A stretch of 64,000 bases of DNA from Candidatus Omnitrophota bacterium (GCA_043814605.1 JBDRJV010000007.1:3354-67353), one strand, 5' to 3'; counted from the first letter of the stretch, positions 8,142-18,194 are shown. Numbers and translations: made by a program. Notes: generated by a model not told the origin, from the letters alone.

Positions 8142-9035
8142 ATGAAAAATTTAATACGCAGATGTGCTTTATCCGTAGTTTTAGCTTTAAGCCTGGGAGT
8201 TTTAAATTCTGGATGCATCCAGCAATATACTGTTGAACGAATGCTCTGGCAGGCAAATAAAGCGGCGGAACCGATATTTATAAATCAAGGTTCTGTCCCA
8301 AGTTATGAATTTAACAGGGTTATCGCATTATTTGATAAAGTTATTGAAAAAGTACCAGGATCAAGTTATGCATTAAAATCTAAACTGAGGAAAGCTTCAC
8401 TTTTTATTTCACAAAATTCGTATGAAAAAGCCTTTAAAATTTATGATGATGTAGTTACGGAATATAAAGAACAAAAAGAAATTTGCGCCAGAGTTATTTT
8501 TTTAAAAGGCCAAGCCTGTGAAAAACAAGGCCTGTGGGATAAGGCATTAGAATTTTTTAATCAGATATTATTAGAATATGAAAAAACACAAAAAAGCTTG
8601 GCGGTTCCTTTATATATCGCGAGGTATTATAGTGAAAACGGGCAGGATAGCCAAGCGCAGCAAGCGTATTTAGGAGCGGTTATGTATTTTCAGTCAATTG
8701 CAGATAAATACCCAAATACTAAAGGCGCGGTATTATGCGAAAATTTGATTGTGCGGACTTATTTGGAAATGGGAACCTGGGGAAAAGCTGCTGAATATAT
8801 AGAGCAATTAGATGGAAAATATAAATTGGGGCCAGATACTCTTCTGGTGCTTGCGAGAATTTATGATAATAAGGTAAAGGATCCAGTCCGCGCTAAGCAA
8901 ATTTATCAGCGAATTTTAGAAAATTATCCTAAACATAAAATTATTGAAGCGGTGAAAAAGGATATGAAAAAACTTATTACCAGTGAGCCGGTGGCCAATG
9001 AGCCGGTTGACAGTGAGCCGGTAAATAGTCAATAG
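8142..9035 (+). CDS. TPR-repeat lipoprotein
   Basis: Lipobox LNSGC; several TPR-like helix pairs (A..IY..I...YP). Confidence 0.8.
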   Translation: MKNLIRRCALSVVLALSLGVLNSGCIQQYTVERMLWQANKAAEPIFINQGSVPSYEFNRVIALFDKVIEKVPGSSYALKSKLRKASLFISQNSYEKAFKIYDDVVTEYKEQKEICARVIFLKGQACEKQGLWDKALEFFNQILLEYEKTQKSLAVPLYIARYYSENGQDSQAQQAYLGAVMYFQSIADKYPNTKGAVLCENLIVRTYLEMGTWGKAAEYIEQLDGKYKLGPDTLLVLARIYDNKVKDPVRAKQIYQRILENYPKHKIIEAVKKDMKKLITSEPVANEPVDSEPVNSQ

Positions 9036-9377
9036 TCGATGGTCAATGGGTTGAAGTAAAAAGGATAAAGGATAAAAATTGAATGCTGCAAGCTGCAGGG
9101 AAAAATCAATGATGAGTTACGAGTAAACTGAAGGACGAGGGACGACCGCTGCGCTAGGACGAGAGACGAAAAAACAGAAAATATATAAAGTTACAAATTA
9201 CAAGTGACGAGTTATGAGTGAAAAGCAGATAGAAACCGAGAGATGAAGGACGAGGGAAGAAAAAGTTGATAAATTTTACAAGAAATAGTTTTTAAAGCGA
9301 ATGAAGAGAGCGTTTGTCCTTCGTCCTAAAGAGCGGAGCGAATGGTCATCCTTCGGACTGCGGTTAACACTAGTAAC
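8981..9377 (+). repeat. Stacked 7/8-bp arrays and mosaic repeat copy B
   Basis: cagtgagc cggt units, tagtcaa tagtcga tggtcaa, aaaggat x2, gctgcaa, gaaggacgagggacg, plus blocks shared with 3035-3301. Confidence 0.85.
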
Positions 9378-9386
9378 AGAGGATAT

Positions 9387-10517
9387 ATGCAGGAATTTTT
9401 AGAAATAATACTGAATCAATGTTTAAATATTTTAGAATCAGATAGCGGTTCGATTTTATTATTGGATAAAAATAATCAGGATATTGTTGTGCGCGTTGCC
9501 CGGGGCAAACATAAAACTTCGATCTTAGGCAAAAAAAACCGTCTGGGAGAAGGTATTTCCGGCATGGTTGCACAACAAAAAAAACCGCTTTTAATTGAAG
9601 ACTTACGTAAAGATGAAGCCATTAAAAATATGTGCCGGGAACAAAATTATCGCACGCATTCGTTTCTTTCGGTGCCGCTTGTTTTTTCCGGCCGCTTGTT
9701 AGGAGTCTTAAATATCACGGAAAAAACAAAAGGCGAACCTTTTTCAATTAAAGAATTATCATATGTCAGCGCCATCGCCAGTTGCGCCGCAGGGACAATT
9801 GACCGGATGTTTTATAACGAGCATTTAGAAAGGCAGTTGGAATCATTTAAAAATTCTACAGCGGTTAGTAAATTTACATCCGCGATTGCCCATGAATTAA
9901 ATAATCCGCTGGATGGAGTATTGCGTTATTTACGCCTGGCAATAATGCAAGTGCCGGAACAAAATGTGCTAAAAGAATATTTATTGGAAATCCTCTCAGG
10001 GGTAAAACGCATGTCGGAAATAATTAAATCTATGCTGGAATTTTCTTTTGCCGGCGATCGAAACCATAGTCCTATTGCACGGGATAAAGTTGATGTGAAT
10101 GAGATTATTCAAAAATCAATAACTTTTTATAAACAAGAGGCTTTTTTTAAAAATATTGAAATTAAAGCAGAATTAGCTCCGGCATTGCCAAAAATTAAAG
10201 ATTGCGGCTTAATTCAAGTATTTAATAATTTTATTAAAAATGCAATTGAAGCTATTCTTGAACAGGGGCAATTATCTATAAAAAGTTATCAGGAAAATGA
10301 TAATATTTTTGTGGATTTTATTGATACAGGTGTGGGTTTAAATAAAGACCTAAAGGATAAAATTTTTGAGCCGTTTTTTACAACAAAAACTAAAGGTAAA
10401 GGATTAGGATTAGCAATTGTGAAAGAAGTTGTTAGCTGTTATGAGGGAGAAGTGAAAGTGGAAAGTTTAATTCCTAAAGGAACAAAATTTACTTTAATGA
10501 TTCCAATACGGAGGTAA
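9387..10517 (+). CDS. Cytoplasmic GAF-domain sensor histidine kinase
   Basis: GAF; AHELNNPL H-box; N-box NFIKNA; DTGVG; FEPFFTTK; GLGL. Confidence 0.92.
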   Translation: MQEFLEIILNQCLNILESDSGSILLLDKNNQDIVVRVARGKHKTSILGKKNRLGEGISGMVAQQKKPLLIEDLRKDEAIKNMCREQNYRTHSFLSVPLVFSGRLLGVLNITEKTKGEPFSIKELSYVSAIASCAAGTIDRMFYNEHLERQLESFKNSTAVSKFTSAIAHELNNPLDGVLRYLRLAIMQVPEQNVLKEYLLEILSGVKRMSEIIKSMLEFSFAGDRNHSPIARDKVDVNEIIQKSITFYKQEAFFKNIEIKAELAPALPKIKDCGLIQVFNNFIKNAIEAILEQGQLSIKSYQENDNIFVDFIDTGVGLNKDLKDKIFEPFFTTKTKGKGLGLAIVKEVVSCYEGEVKVESLIPKGTKFTLMIPIRR

Positions 10518-10522
10518 AAATT

Positions 10523-11938
10523 ATGAAAAGGCATATATTGATTACGGATGATGAGCCGCTAACCAGGAAGTCTCTAAAAGAGATTCTCAGATATGAAGGA
10601 TACAATGTTACCACGGCTGAAGACGGGGCAAAAGCTTGGGAAATTATGCAGCGTTTACCCGTAGATGTGATTATGGCTGACATGAAAATGCCTAAAATCG
10701 GCGGTATGGATTTACTGAAAAAGGTGCGGGAAAATTATCCCCAAACTCAGGTTGTGCTGATGAGTGCTTACGGAAATATTGAAAATGCAGTGGAAGCAAT
10801 GCGTTTAGGGGCTTTTGATTATGTAACTAAGCCCATCGAGGATGATCAGCTAAGATTATTAATGAAAAAAATTGATACACGCAGTAACTTAAGAACTGCA
10901 GAGGTTAGTCCTGACTCAGAAATCCAAGCTCCCAAAGAGATACGGTATAAGTTTTATACAGTTATGGGTAAAGATGAAAAAATGCAGAGAATTTATACAA
11001 TGATTGAAGCAATTGCTGATACTCCGTCAACGGTTTTGATTTGCGGTGAAAGCGGTACGGGCAAAAGAATGATTGCACAAGCAATCCATCAGGCAGATCA
11101 TGCTCGGGTGAATCAGCCGTTTATTGAAATCAGCTGTGGGGCACTTCCGGAAACCTTGCTGGAGAGTGAACTTTTTGGTCATGTCAAAGGATCATTCACG
11201 GGTGCGATTAAAGATCGGGCCGGAAGGTTTGAATTAGCTAATGGCGGGACAATATTACTGGATGAAATCGATACCTGTTCGCCTAGTTTACAGGTCAAGT
11301 TATTAAGAATTTTAGAAGAAGGGGAATACGAACGTGTCGGAGATATAAAAACACTTAAATCTGATGTCCGGGTGATTGCGGCGACGAATCAAAGTTTAGA
11401 AGAACTGGTGCAAAGACGCACATTTAGAGGTGATTTATTTTGGCGCTTAAATGTGATTAATATTAATTTACCGGCTTTAAGAGACCGTCTCGGTGATATT
11501 CCGCTCTTGATCGAACATTTTTTAGAAAAATATAATCGGATGCGCCAGAAATCCGGAAAAGGAATAGTGATCGAAAGAATTTCGGATTCGGCAATGAAGT
11601 TCATGTTGGATTACCCTTGGCCGGGGAATATCCGGGAATTAGAAAATACTGTAGAAAGAGCATGTATTTTAGTAAAAGGAGCAGTGCTGGAACCGCGAGA
11701 CTTACCGGATTCGATAACTCATTATAAAGCAAAAAATAATAATAGTTTTCCCACAAAAGAGGATTTTTCATTGAAAAATGCTTTAAAAAATCCCGAACGG
11801 GACATTGTGATTGATGCTCTTAAGCACAATAATTGGAATTGCACAAGAGCCGCAGCATTTTTAGGTATTAATCGAACAACTTTATATAACAAAATGAAGC
11901 TTTACAAAATAAAAAGAACAAACAGTGTAAGATTTTAG
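10523..11938 (+). CDS. Sigma54-dependent response regulator (NtrC family)
   Basis: REC domain; GESGTGK; GSFTGA; Walker B LDEI; WPGNIRELEN; C-terminal HTH. Confidence 0.95.
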   Translation: MKRHILITDDEPLTRKSLKEILRYEGYNVTTAEDGAKAWEIMQRLPVDVIMADMKMPKIGGMDLLKKVRENYPQTQVVLMSAYGNIENAVEAMRLGAFDYVTKPIEDDQLRLLMKKIDTRSNLRTAEVSPDSEIQAPKEIRYKFYTVMGKDEKMQRIYTMIEAIADTPSTVLICGESGTGKRMIAQAIHQADHARVNQPFIEISCGALPETLLESELFGHVKGSFTGAIKDRAGRFELANGGTILLDEIDTCSPSLQVKLLRILEEGEYERVGDIKTLKSDVRVIAATNQSLEELVQRRTFRGDLFWRLNVININLPALRDRLGDIPLLIEHFLEKYNRMRQKSGKGIVIERISDSAMKFMLDYPWPGNIRELENTVERACILVKGAVLEPRDLPDSITHYKAKNNNSFPTKEDFSLKNALKNPERDIVIDALKHNNWNCTRAAAFLGINRTTLYNKMKLYKIKRTNSVRF

Positions 11939-11969
11939 TGATGGCCTAAGTTTTTGGATGATAAGATAA

Positions 11970-13055
11970 ATGATGGAACTAGGTTTTCTCGACCTAATAA
12001 ATAGTAATAGATGGCAGGTAATTCAAGATTACTTTTCCCAGGTAATTAATGCCGGAGTGCGTGTAGTTGATTGTAACGGAGAGCCGCTCACTTCGTTAAG
12101 TAAACCGTGTAGGTATTGCTATGAATTAATATCCAGCTCACCGCAGGCACTGAGTGAATGCAACCAATGTTCCTTACTGTCTCCTGTACCCCAAATAAAA
12201 GATGACCTATTTTTTAAAAAACAGAATTTTCTTGATCAAGAGGGAAATATTTATTATGATCAGTGTTCTTTTTTTGTTAACCGAATTTATATTCCTATAA
12301 AACTGCTGGAAGGTAATATCTGTGGATATATTATAATTGGGCCTGTGGTTCTAGGTAAAAGAAAAGCTTATACCGATTATTTTAATTTGAGTAAAAACTT
12401 AGAGCTGGATATTAATGAGGTTATTGATTACATTGAAACTATCCGCGTCTTTTCTTTTAACAGTATTGAATCTATAGTGAAATTATTTCAGGAAGTGGTC
12501 AATTGTATGGTGCGTTCTGGATATGAACGAATTAAGAATCGAACAAAAAATGCGGTATTTTTAACGGAGGATCAAAATAAAACTAACTTTTACAGGGGGA
12601 AAATGATTCAAGCCTTGTTTGAAACTGCGACAGAAGGGGTAAATGCCGAACGGGCATCGGTCATGCTTTTTGATGCAGATTCAGAAACTCTTTCTATAAA
12701 AGTGGCAAAAGGGATTCCGGATAAAATTTCTCGTAACGTAAAGATTAGAAAAGGAGAAGGATTAGCCGGGTGGGTAGCCGCAGAAAACCAAATTTTATTT
12801 ATTGATCATAATTTTAAAAATCCTCGATTAATAAGCCGTTTGCGCCAGCCGCAATTAAAAGCTTCTTTAATGGTGCCAATCCGGAGTGCAAAAAAGGTCT
12901 TAGGTGTATTAAGCTTAAGTACGCAAGCGGAAAATAATAAATTTACATCTGAAAATATAAATTCTATTATTCAATTGACTAAAATGGTAGATAGCGCCTT
13001 AGTCGGACTGAGTGCAGATAATCGGATCCAGGATTTACAGGATGAGGAGAGTTAA
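11970..13055 (+). CDS. PocR ligand-binding domain plus GAF domain protein, no output domain
   Basis: WQVIQDYFS...C..C...GYIIIGPV PocR pattern followed by a GAF domain. Confidence 0.75.
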   Translation: MMELGFLDLINSNRWQVIQDYFSQVINAGVRVVDCNGEPLTSLSKPCRYCYELISSSPQALSECNQCSLLSPVPQIKDDLFFKKQNFLDQEGNIYYDQCSFFVNRIYIPIKLLEGNICGYIIIGPVVLGKRKAYTDYFNLSKNLELDINEVIDYIETIRVFSFNSIESIVKLFQEVVNCMVRSGYERIKNRTKNAVFLTEDQNKTNFYRGKMIQALFETATEGVNAERASVMLFDADSETLSIKVAKGIPDKISRNVKIRKGEGLAGWVAAENQILFIDHNFKNPRLISRLRQPQLKASLMVPIRSAKKVLGVLSLSTQAENNKFTSENINSIIQLTKMVDSALVGLSADNRIQDLQDEES

Positions 13056-13061
13056 AATTAG

Positions 13062-13233
13062 TGGCTCATAGCTCATGGCTGATAGCGAATAAAAATTATG
13101 AGTGATGAGTTATAAGTGAAAAGCGAAAAAGCAGCGAATAGCGTTTAGCGATTAGGAAATACAAAGACAAAAGCAAAAAATAAAATAAAAACTAGAAAAC
13201 AGGTAACTGGCCAACAGGATAACTGGCTAACTG
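13062..13233 (+). repeat. Stacked 7/8-bp arrays
   Basis: tggctca tagctca tggctga tagcgaa; attatga gtgatga gttataa; tagcgtt tagcgat; acaggta actggcca acaggata actggcta. Confidence 0.85.
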
Positions 13234-13244
13234 TATAAGAGAGA

Positions 13245-15398
13245 CTAAAATTCATCAACTTGTTTTTTAATGTTTAAAGCAATTTCTTTCCCCACGTTTG
13301 GAACCTCTTGTAGTTTCTCTACCGAGACTGTTTTAAGATTAGAAATAGTTTTGTATCCATTATTGAATAAATTACGCGCACGTATGCGTCCAATTCCTTT
13401 TAAATTGACTAATTCCAGCAGTTCTGATTTTACCCCGTACTTAAGTTGAGTCCTCAGGTTAATCAGGGGTTTAGTGCCGGGAATTTTAAACAGTTTAGCC
13501 AACTCAATAGTTGAATATAATAACCATTCGGCAGTATCCATAAAACGGTAGATATCACCAGGGCCTGTGCCAAAAAAATCACAGATTGATTCTTCTTTTT
13601 CTTCATTAATCCATTGGGAAATCATCCAGACTGTTTTGATACGGGCTAAATGCGAATTAAAATCTTCACTTAATGGCAAAGGCAGCTGGAATTCATCTTT
13701 ATGCGAATCAATATAGGGGATAATTTTTTCTAGATCAGATTTATTTACACTTAAGGTGAACATGTCCGGGACACAGCAGATCAGATAAAGTAAAGTTAAG
13801 GGGGTGAACATTCTTTCCGTTCCCTTAAAACAATCTCTGATTATAACCGCTGTGATCGGGTCAATATATAAACGGCTGATTCGGCTGCCAAATGCAGTAG
13901 GTAATAATTTATCTTTTTTTTGTTGGATCATTTCCTGACGCGTTAAAAACGCAATAATTTCTAATACTATTTCCGTCAAGTCATAATATTTTTGTTCGTA
14001 ATAAAAAAAAGTTTTGTGAATAAAGTCAAAGGCAGTATTTATGCTGGAAATAAAACCTGTAACAATTGAAGCGAGAAGATGTACCCGTAGTGCGCTTTCA
14101 TTGCCCAGATGAGAATGAATGGGTTCAGAATCCGCAAATATGAAATCGTTAAATAATTCACTTTGCTCCTGTTTATTACGAGCATAAAGAATTGATTCTC
14201 CAAATTTATCATATTTAGGCCGTCCGGCGCGTCCGCTCATTTGTTTATATTCCATAACACTTATAGGCTTCATGCCTAGGCCGGAGGCATAACGGTACAA
14301 ACCGCGGATTATTGTCCGGCGGGAGGGAAGATTAACGCCGACAGCGAGTGTGGGAGTGGCGCAAATAACCTTGATAATATTTTTTCTAAAATTTTCTTCA
14401 ATTAATTTACGATGATTATGATGTAATCCAGCATGATGAAAAGCCACACCGCATTTTGTATATTCACTTAATTGTTTAGAAACCTTCGTAACTTCTGCAG
14501 AGCTTTTGGTCAATTCCTGGGCTAAAGAAGCTAATTGGGTACGGTCCTTAGGTGTTAAAAAAGCGGATAAGTCTTTAGAAATACGCCGAGCCTCAGCCTG
14601 GGCTGACCTGCGGGTATTAACAAAAACTAAGGTCTGGCCTTTCTCATAAACACAATCAATAGCCAAAGCACTGATATCATCATTAACTCTTTTTAAGTGT
14701 TGTGCATCAAGTTCCTTTGATGTACCATCCGCAAATTTAATTTTGCCTTGACAATAAACCCCTTCTTTTAAAACTACCGGCCGCCAGCTGCTGATGACTA
14801 AATTTGCATTTAACCAATTGGCGATTTGGTCAGCATTAGCAATTGTCGCGCTTAAACCGACTATTTTTAAATTGTCATTTAAACTGATTAATCTGGTTAA
14901 AACTGTTTCTAAAGTAGGCCCGCGGTGAGGATCACCAATATAGTGTATTTCATCAGAGATAACACAAGCTAATTTTGATCCCAGCCAAGATGAATTTTGA
15001 CGCAGCAGGGAATCAACTTTTTCCGCAGTAGCGATTAAAATATCATTTTTTGCTAAGGATGGATTGGAATGGTCAAAATCACTGGTAGCAATACCAATTT
15101 TTATGCCGATTTTTTCGTAACGCTCTTTAAATTCATCATATTTTTCCGAAGCTAAAGCACGTAAGGGTACAATATAAAGACAGTTGCCTTTTTTTGTTAA
15201 AATAGTTTCTAACATGACTAATTCAGCCAGTAAGGTTTTTCCGGAAGCTGTGGGCATAGCTAAAATCATGTTTTTATCAGTAAGCAGCCCTTGTTCAATT
15301 GCTTTTGCTTGTGGGGGATAAAGATCTGTGATTCCGTTATTTGTCAAAATTTCTTGTAAATTTTTCGGTAGTGTTTTGAAAATTGCTTTTGTGTTCAT
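13245..15398 (-). CDS. Hel308/Ski2-like SF2 DNA helicase (archaeal type)
   Basis: LYPPQ, PTASGKT, DEIH, SAT, FHHAGL, TLAVGVNLP, QMSGRAGRP, RLYIDP, C-terminal GIGRIRAR HhH. Confidence 0.9.
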   Translation of the reverse strand: MNTKAIFKTLPKNLQEILTNNGITDLYPPQAKAIEQGLLTDKNMILAMPTASGKTLLAELVMLETILTKKGNCLYIVPLRALASEKYDEFKERYEKIGIKIGIATSDFDHSNPSLAKNDILIATAEKVDSLLRQNSSWLGSKLACVISDEIHYIGDPHRGPTLETVLTRLISLNDNLKIVGLSATIANADQIANWLNANLVISSWRPVVLKEGVYCQGKIKFADGTSKELDAQHLKRVNDDISALAIDCVYEKGQTLVFVNTRRSAQAEARRISKDLSAFLTPKDRTQLASLAQELTKSSAEVTKVSKQLSEYTKCGVAFHHAGLHHNHRKLIEENFRKNIIKVICATPTLAVGVNLPSRRTIIRGLYRYASGLGMKPISVMEYKQMSGRAGRPKYDKFGESILYARNKQEQSELFNDFIFADSEPIHSHLGNESALRVHLLASIVTGFISSINTAFDFIHKTFFYYEQKYYDLTEIVLEIIAFLTRQEMIQQKKDKLLPTAFGSRISRLYIDPITAVIIRDCFKGTERMFTPLTLLYLICCVPDMFTLSVNKSDLEKIIPYIDSHKDEFQLPLPLSEDFNSHLARIKTVWMISQWINEEKEESICDFFGTGPGDIYRFMDTAEWLLYSTIELAKLFKIPGTKPLINLRTQLKYGVKSELLELVNLKGIGRIRARNLFNNGYKTISNLKTVSVEKLQEVPNVGKEIALNIKKQVDEF

Positions 15399-15488
15399 AA
15401 CGTTAGCTAATTGTACCAGTTCCAAGAGTAGAAGAGGAAAGGGTTTTTTTAGGAAAATTTAAATTTAAATTTAAAATAGTAAATTTTA

Positions 15489-15968
15489 CTAATTTTTCTT
15501 TTTACTTTTTACTATTTTTTCCATTAACTCATCTATTTTATCAATAAAGTCGTTACGCTGTTGGTTTATCGGGTCAATCTTTTTTTTGATTTCTCCGATA
15601 TAAGATAATGGCCTGTCAGTTCGGCGTGCTTCATCTTCTAAATGCCATAATTCAATGTTTTTTCGGGATAATCCTTCTATGGCCTGAGAAAGTTTTTCAT
15701 TTTTACCGATTCTGTTGATATCTTTTAAAGGGTTATAAAGTTTTAATTTTTCTTCTCGTAAAGTAACTTTTTCTGCAAAAGCTAACACGATAAATTGCTC
15801 TATCTCTTTTGTTAGCAACAGCTTTTGTTTTTTTAATAATTTCATTTTTGATTTAAGTTCTTTTTGAGAAAATTTTGATTTTTTACTTTGAATGCTTTTT
15901 TTTAAATAAAATTCCCGGATAGATTTTATGGTTAGCTTATCAACCAAGCTGCCAAGGGTTTCAGACAT
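15489..15968 (-). CDS. DUF4254-like helical protein, apparently circularly permuted
   Basis: ETLGSLVDKL...KLYN block precedes the WHLEDEAR...IDPINQQRND block. Confidence 0.7.
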   Translation of the reverse strand: MSETLGSLVDKLTIKSIREFYLKKSIQSKKSKFSQKELKSKMKLLKKQKLLLTKEIEQFIVLAFAEKVTLREEKLKLYNPLKDINRIGKNEKLSQAIEGLSRKNIELWHLEDEARRTDRPLSYIGEIKKKIDPINQQRNDFIDKIDELMEKIVKSKKKN

Positions 15969-16154
15969 AAATGCCTCCAGCTTTAAGATTAAAATTTACT
16001 TTAAAATTATAACTTGTATTTAAAAAATACTCAAGGTTTTTCTAAATTTCAAGTTAATTTTTTTAGGAAATAAAAGCAAAAATAATACTTAATTAATTTA
16101 TTTAACAAAATTCCAATTGACTCCAAGGTTAGTTTGTAGTATTTTATAAATGAT

Positions 16155-17129
16155 ATGAAAAATCAAATGATAAAATACATAAGAAAACCGCGTTTAAAAG
16201 ATCCTTATCTGGTGGCAGCTTGGCCCGGCATGGGGAATGTGGCGATTAAAGCTGCGGAGTATTTATGGGAAGCGCTAAAGCCAGTGGAATTTGCCCAATT
16301 AACTGCGGAGGGTTTTTTCTACCCGCATGATGCCTGGATCGTTAATAGCCAGATTGAATTTCCCCGGTTACCTGCAGGAAAGTTTTATTATTGGAGGAAC
16401 CCTCAGGGAGGCAGTGATATTATAATTTTTCTTTGTGAGGCACAGCCTTCTTTGGAAAAAGGATATAATTATGCTCAATTAGTTCTAGAAGTAGCTAAAG
16501 ATTTTAAAGTAAAAAAAGTTTTTACTTTTGCTTCTATGCCGACCCCAATTGATCATACTCAAACGGCTAAAGTTTGGGCTTCTGCGACCGATAAGAAAAT
16601 GCTGAAAGAATTAGAAAAAATTGATGTCGAACTAATGCGGGTCGGACAAATCAGCGGTCTTAACGGATTATTAATGAGTGTTGCTAAAGAACAAAAAATG
16701 CACGGGATTTGTTTTTTAGCGGAAATCCCGATGTATGCTATTCAAATTGAAAATCCTAAAGCTGCGAAAGCTGTGCTCAATATTTTTGCCCAATTAGTTG
16801 GCTTAAAAATTGATTTTACGGGGTTGGATGAAAGAGCAAAAATGGTGGAAGATGAAATAGAAAAATTAGTTGATTATTTTAAAACCGGGGCAACCTTAGG
16901 CCCGATTAGTGAGGAAGAAATTGAGAAAGTAAAACAAACCTTGTCTTTTAGCTCTCGGCTGCCGGAATCAGCAAAAGCAAAGATTGAAGAATTGTTTAAA
17001 GTGGCTCAAATTGATTTATCCCGGGCAAATGAATTGAAAGATGAATTAGACCGCTGGCATATTTATAAGGATTATGAAGATCGTTTTTTAGATTTGTTTA
17101 AGCCGAATAAAAAAGATAACCATTGTTAA
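16155..17129 (+). CDS. PAC2 (proteasome assembly chaperone-like) family protein
   Basis: VAAWPGMGNVA, GQISGLNG, ENPKAA motifs. Confidence 0.8.
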   Translation: MKNQMIKYIRKPRLKDPYLVAAWPGMGNVAIKAAEYLWEALKPVEFAQLTAEGFFYPHDAWIVNSQIEFPRLPAGKFYYWRNPQGGSDIIIFLCEAQPSLEKGYNYAQLVLEVAKDFKVKKVFTFASMPTPIDHTQTAKVWASATDKKMLKELEKIDVELMRVGQISGLNGLLMSVAKEQKMHGICFLAEIPMYAIQIENPKAAKAVLNIFAQLVGLKIDFTGLDERAKMVEDEIEKLVDYFKTGATLGPISEEEIEKVKQTLSFSSRLPESAKAKIEELFKVAQIDLSRANELKDELDRWHIYKDYEDRFLDLFKPNKKDNHC

Positions 17130-17173
17130 ATTCAAATAATTTTAGAAAATACCGAGAATATATAAAAATTTAA

Positions 17174-18157
17174 ATGCTTATCTATATTGTAAGACGTTTG
17201 TTTATGCTTATTCCGATGTTGCTGGGTATAAGCATAATTTCTTTTCTGGTAGTTTGTCTTTCCGGTGATCCTGTCGATGTGCAGTATCAGCTTAATCAAA
17301 AAGTGAGTTTAGAATTAAAGGAACGCATTAAAGAAGCAGAAGGCTTTAACCAGCCGCTCTGGCAGCAATATTTCCGGTGGCTTAAGGGAATCATTAAATT
17401 TAATTTTGGGATTTCTTTTATTGACCGTCGTCCGGTGATAGAGAAAATAAGAGAGCGAATCCCGATTACGTTAACAATAAATATCTTATCCCTGCTAATA
17501 ATTTTTTTAATCGCAATTCCTATCGGAGTTTTTAGTGCCGTATGGGAGCAGTCTTTTTTTGACCGGGTAATGACTGTTTTTGTTTTTATCGGCTTTTCCT
17601 TACCTACATTCTGGCTGGCCTTACTTTTAATGCAGTTTTTCGGGGTTAATCTGCATTGGCTGCCTGTGTCCGGGATAAGATCCCTAGAATTTGAATATTT
17701 TAGTATGTGGGGTAAATTTGTAGATTTAGCCCGGCATTTAATCCTACCAATTTGTCTTTCAGCTTTTACAAGCCTTGCGGGAATTTCACGTTATATGCGT
17801 ACAAATATGATTAATGTGCTTAAGCAGGATTATATTCGTACAGCCTATGCCAAAGGATTACCTAAAAATAGAATTTATTTTCGTCATGCTTTAAAAAATG
17901 CGATTTTACCAATTATTACAATCCTCGGATTATCTGTGCCGGGGTTAATCGGCGGCAGTGTAATTTTTGAATCAATATTTGGTATTCCAGGGATGGGTAA
18001 ATTAGCTTATGATGCGGTGATGTCCCGGGACCGTTATGTGATTATGGGCATTTTAATAATTAGTTCTTTGCTAACGCTTTTGGGTAATTTTCTCGCGGAT
18101 TTAGCCTATTGCTATGCTGATCCGAGAATTAGATATGAATCAAATAATGAAAAGTGA
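17174..18157 (+). CDS. oppB: Peptide/nickel ABC transporter permease
   Basis: YIVRRL, DYIRTAYAKG, HALKNA, ADPRI. Confidence 0.9.
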   Translation: MLIYIVRRLFMLIPMLLGISIISFLVVCLSGDPVDVQYQLNQKVSLELKERIKEAEGFNQPLWQQYFRWLKGIIKFNFGISFIDRRPVIEKIRERIPITLTINILSLLIIFLIAIPIGVFSAVWEQSFFDRVMTVFVFIGFSLPTFWLALLLMQFFGVNLHWLPVSGIRSLEFEYFSMWGKFVDLARHLILPICLSAFTSLAGISRYMRTNMINVLKQDYIRTAYAKGLPKNRIYFRHALKNAILPIITILGLSVPGLIGGSVIFESIFGIPGMGKLAYDAVMSRDRYVIMGILIISSLLTLLGNFLADLAYCYADPRIRYESNNEK

Positions 18158-18194
18158 TAAGTTATGAGTGATAAATTAAAAGTGAAAAGACAGG

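Noticed and set aside
9342-9386. N-terminal extension of the histidine kinase ORF
   Set aside because: Lies within the repeat block; ATG 9387 has a GAGG RBS
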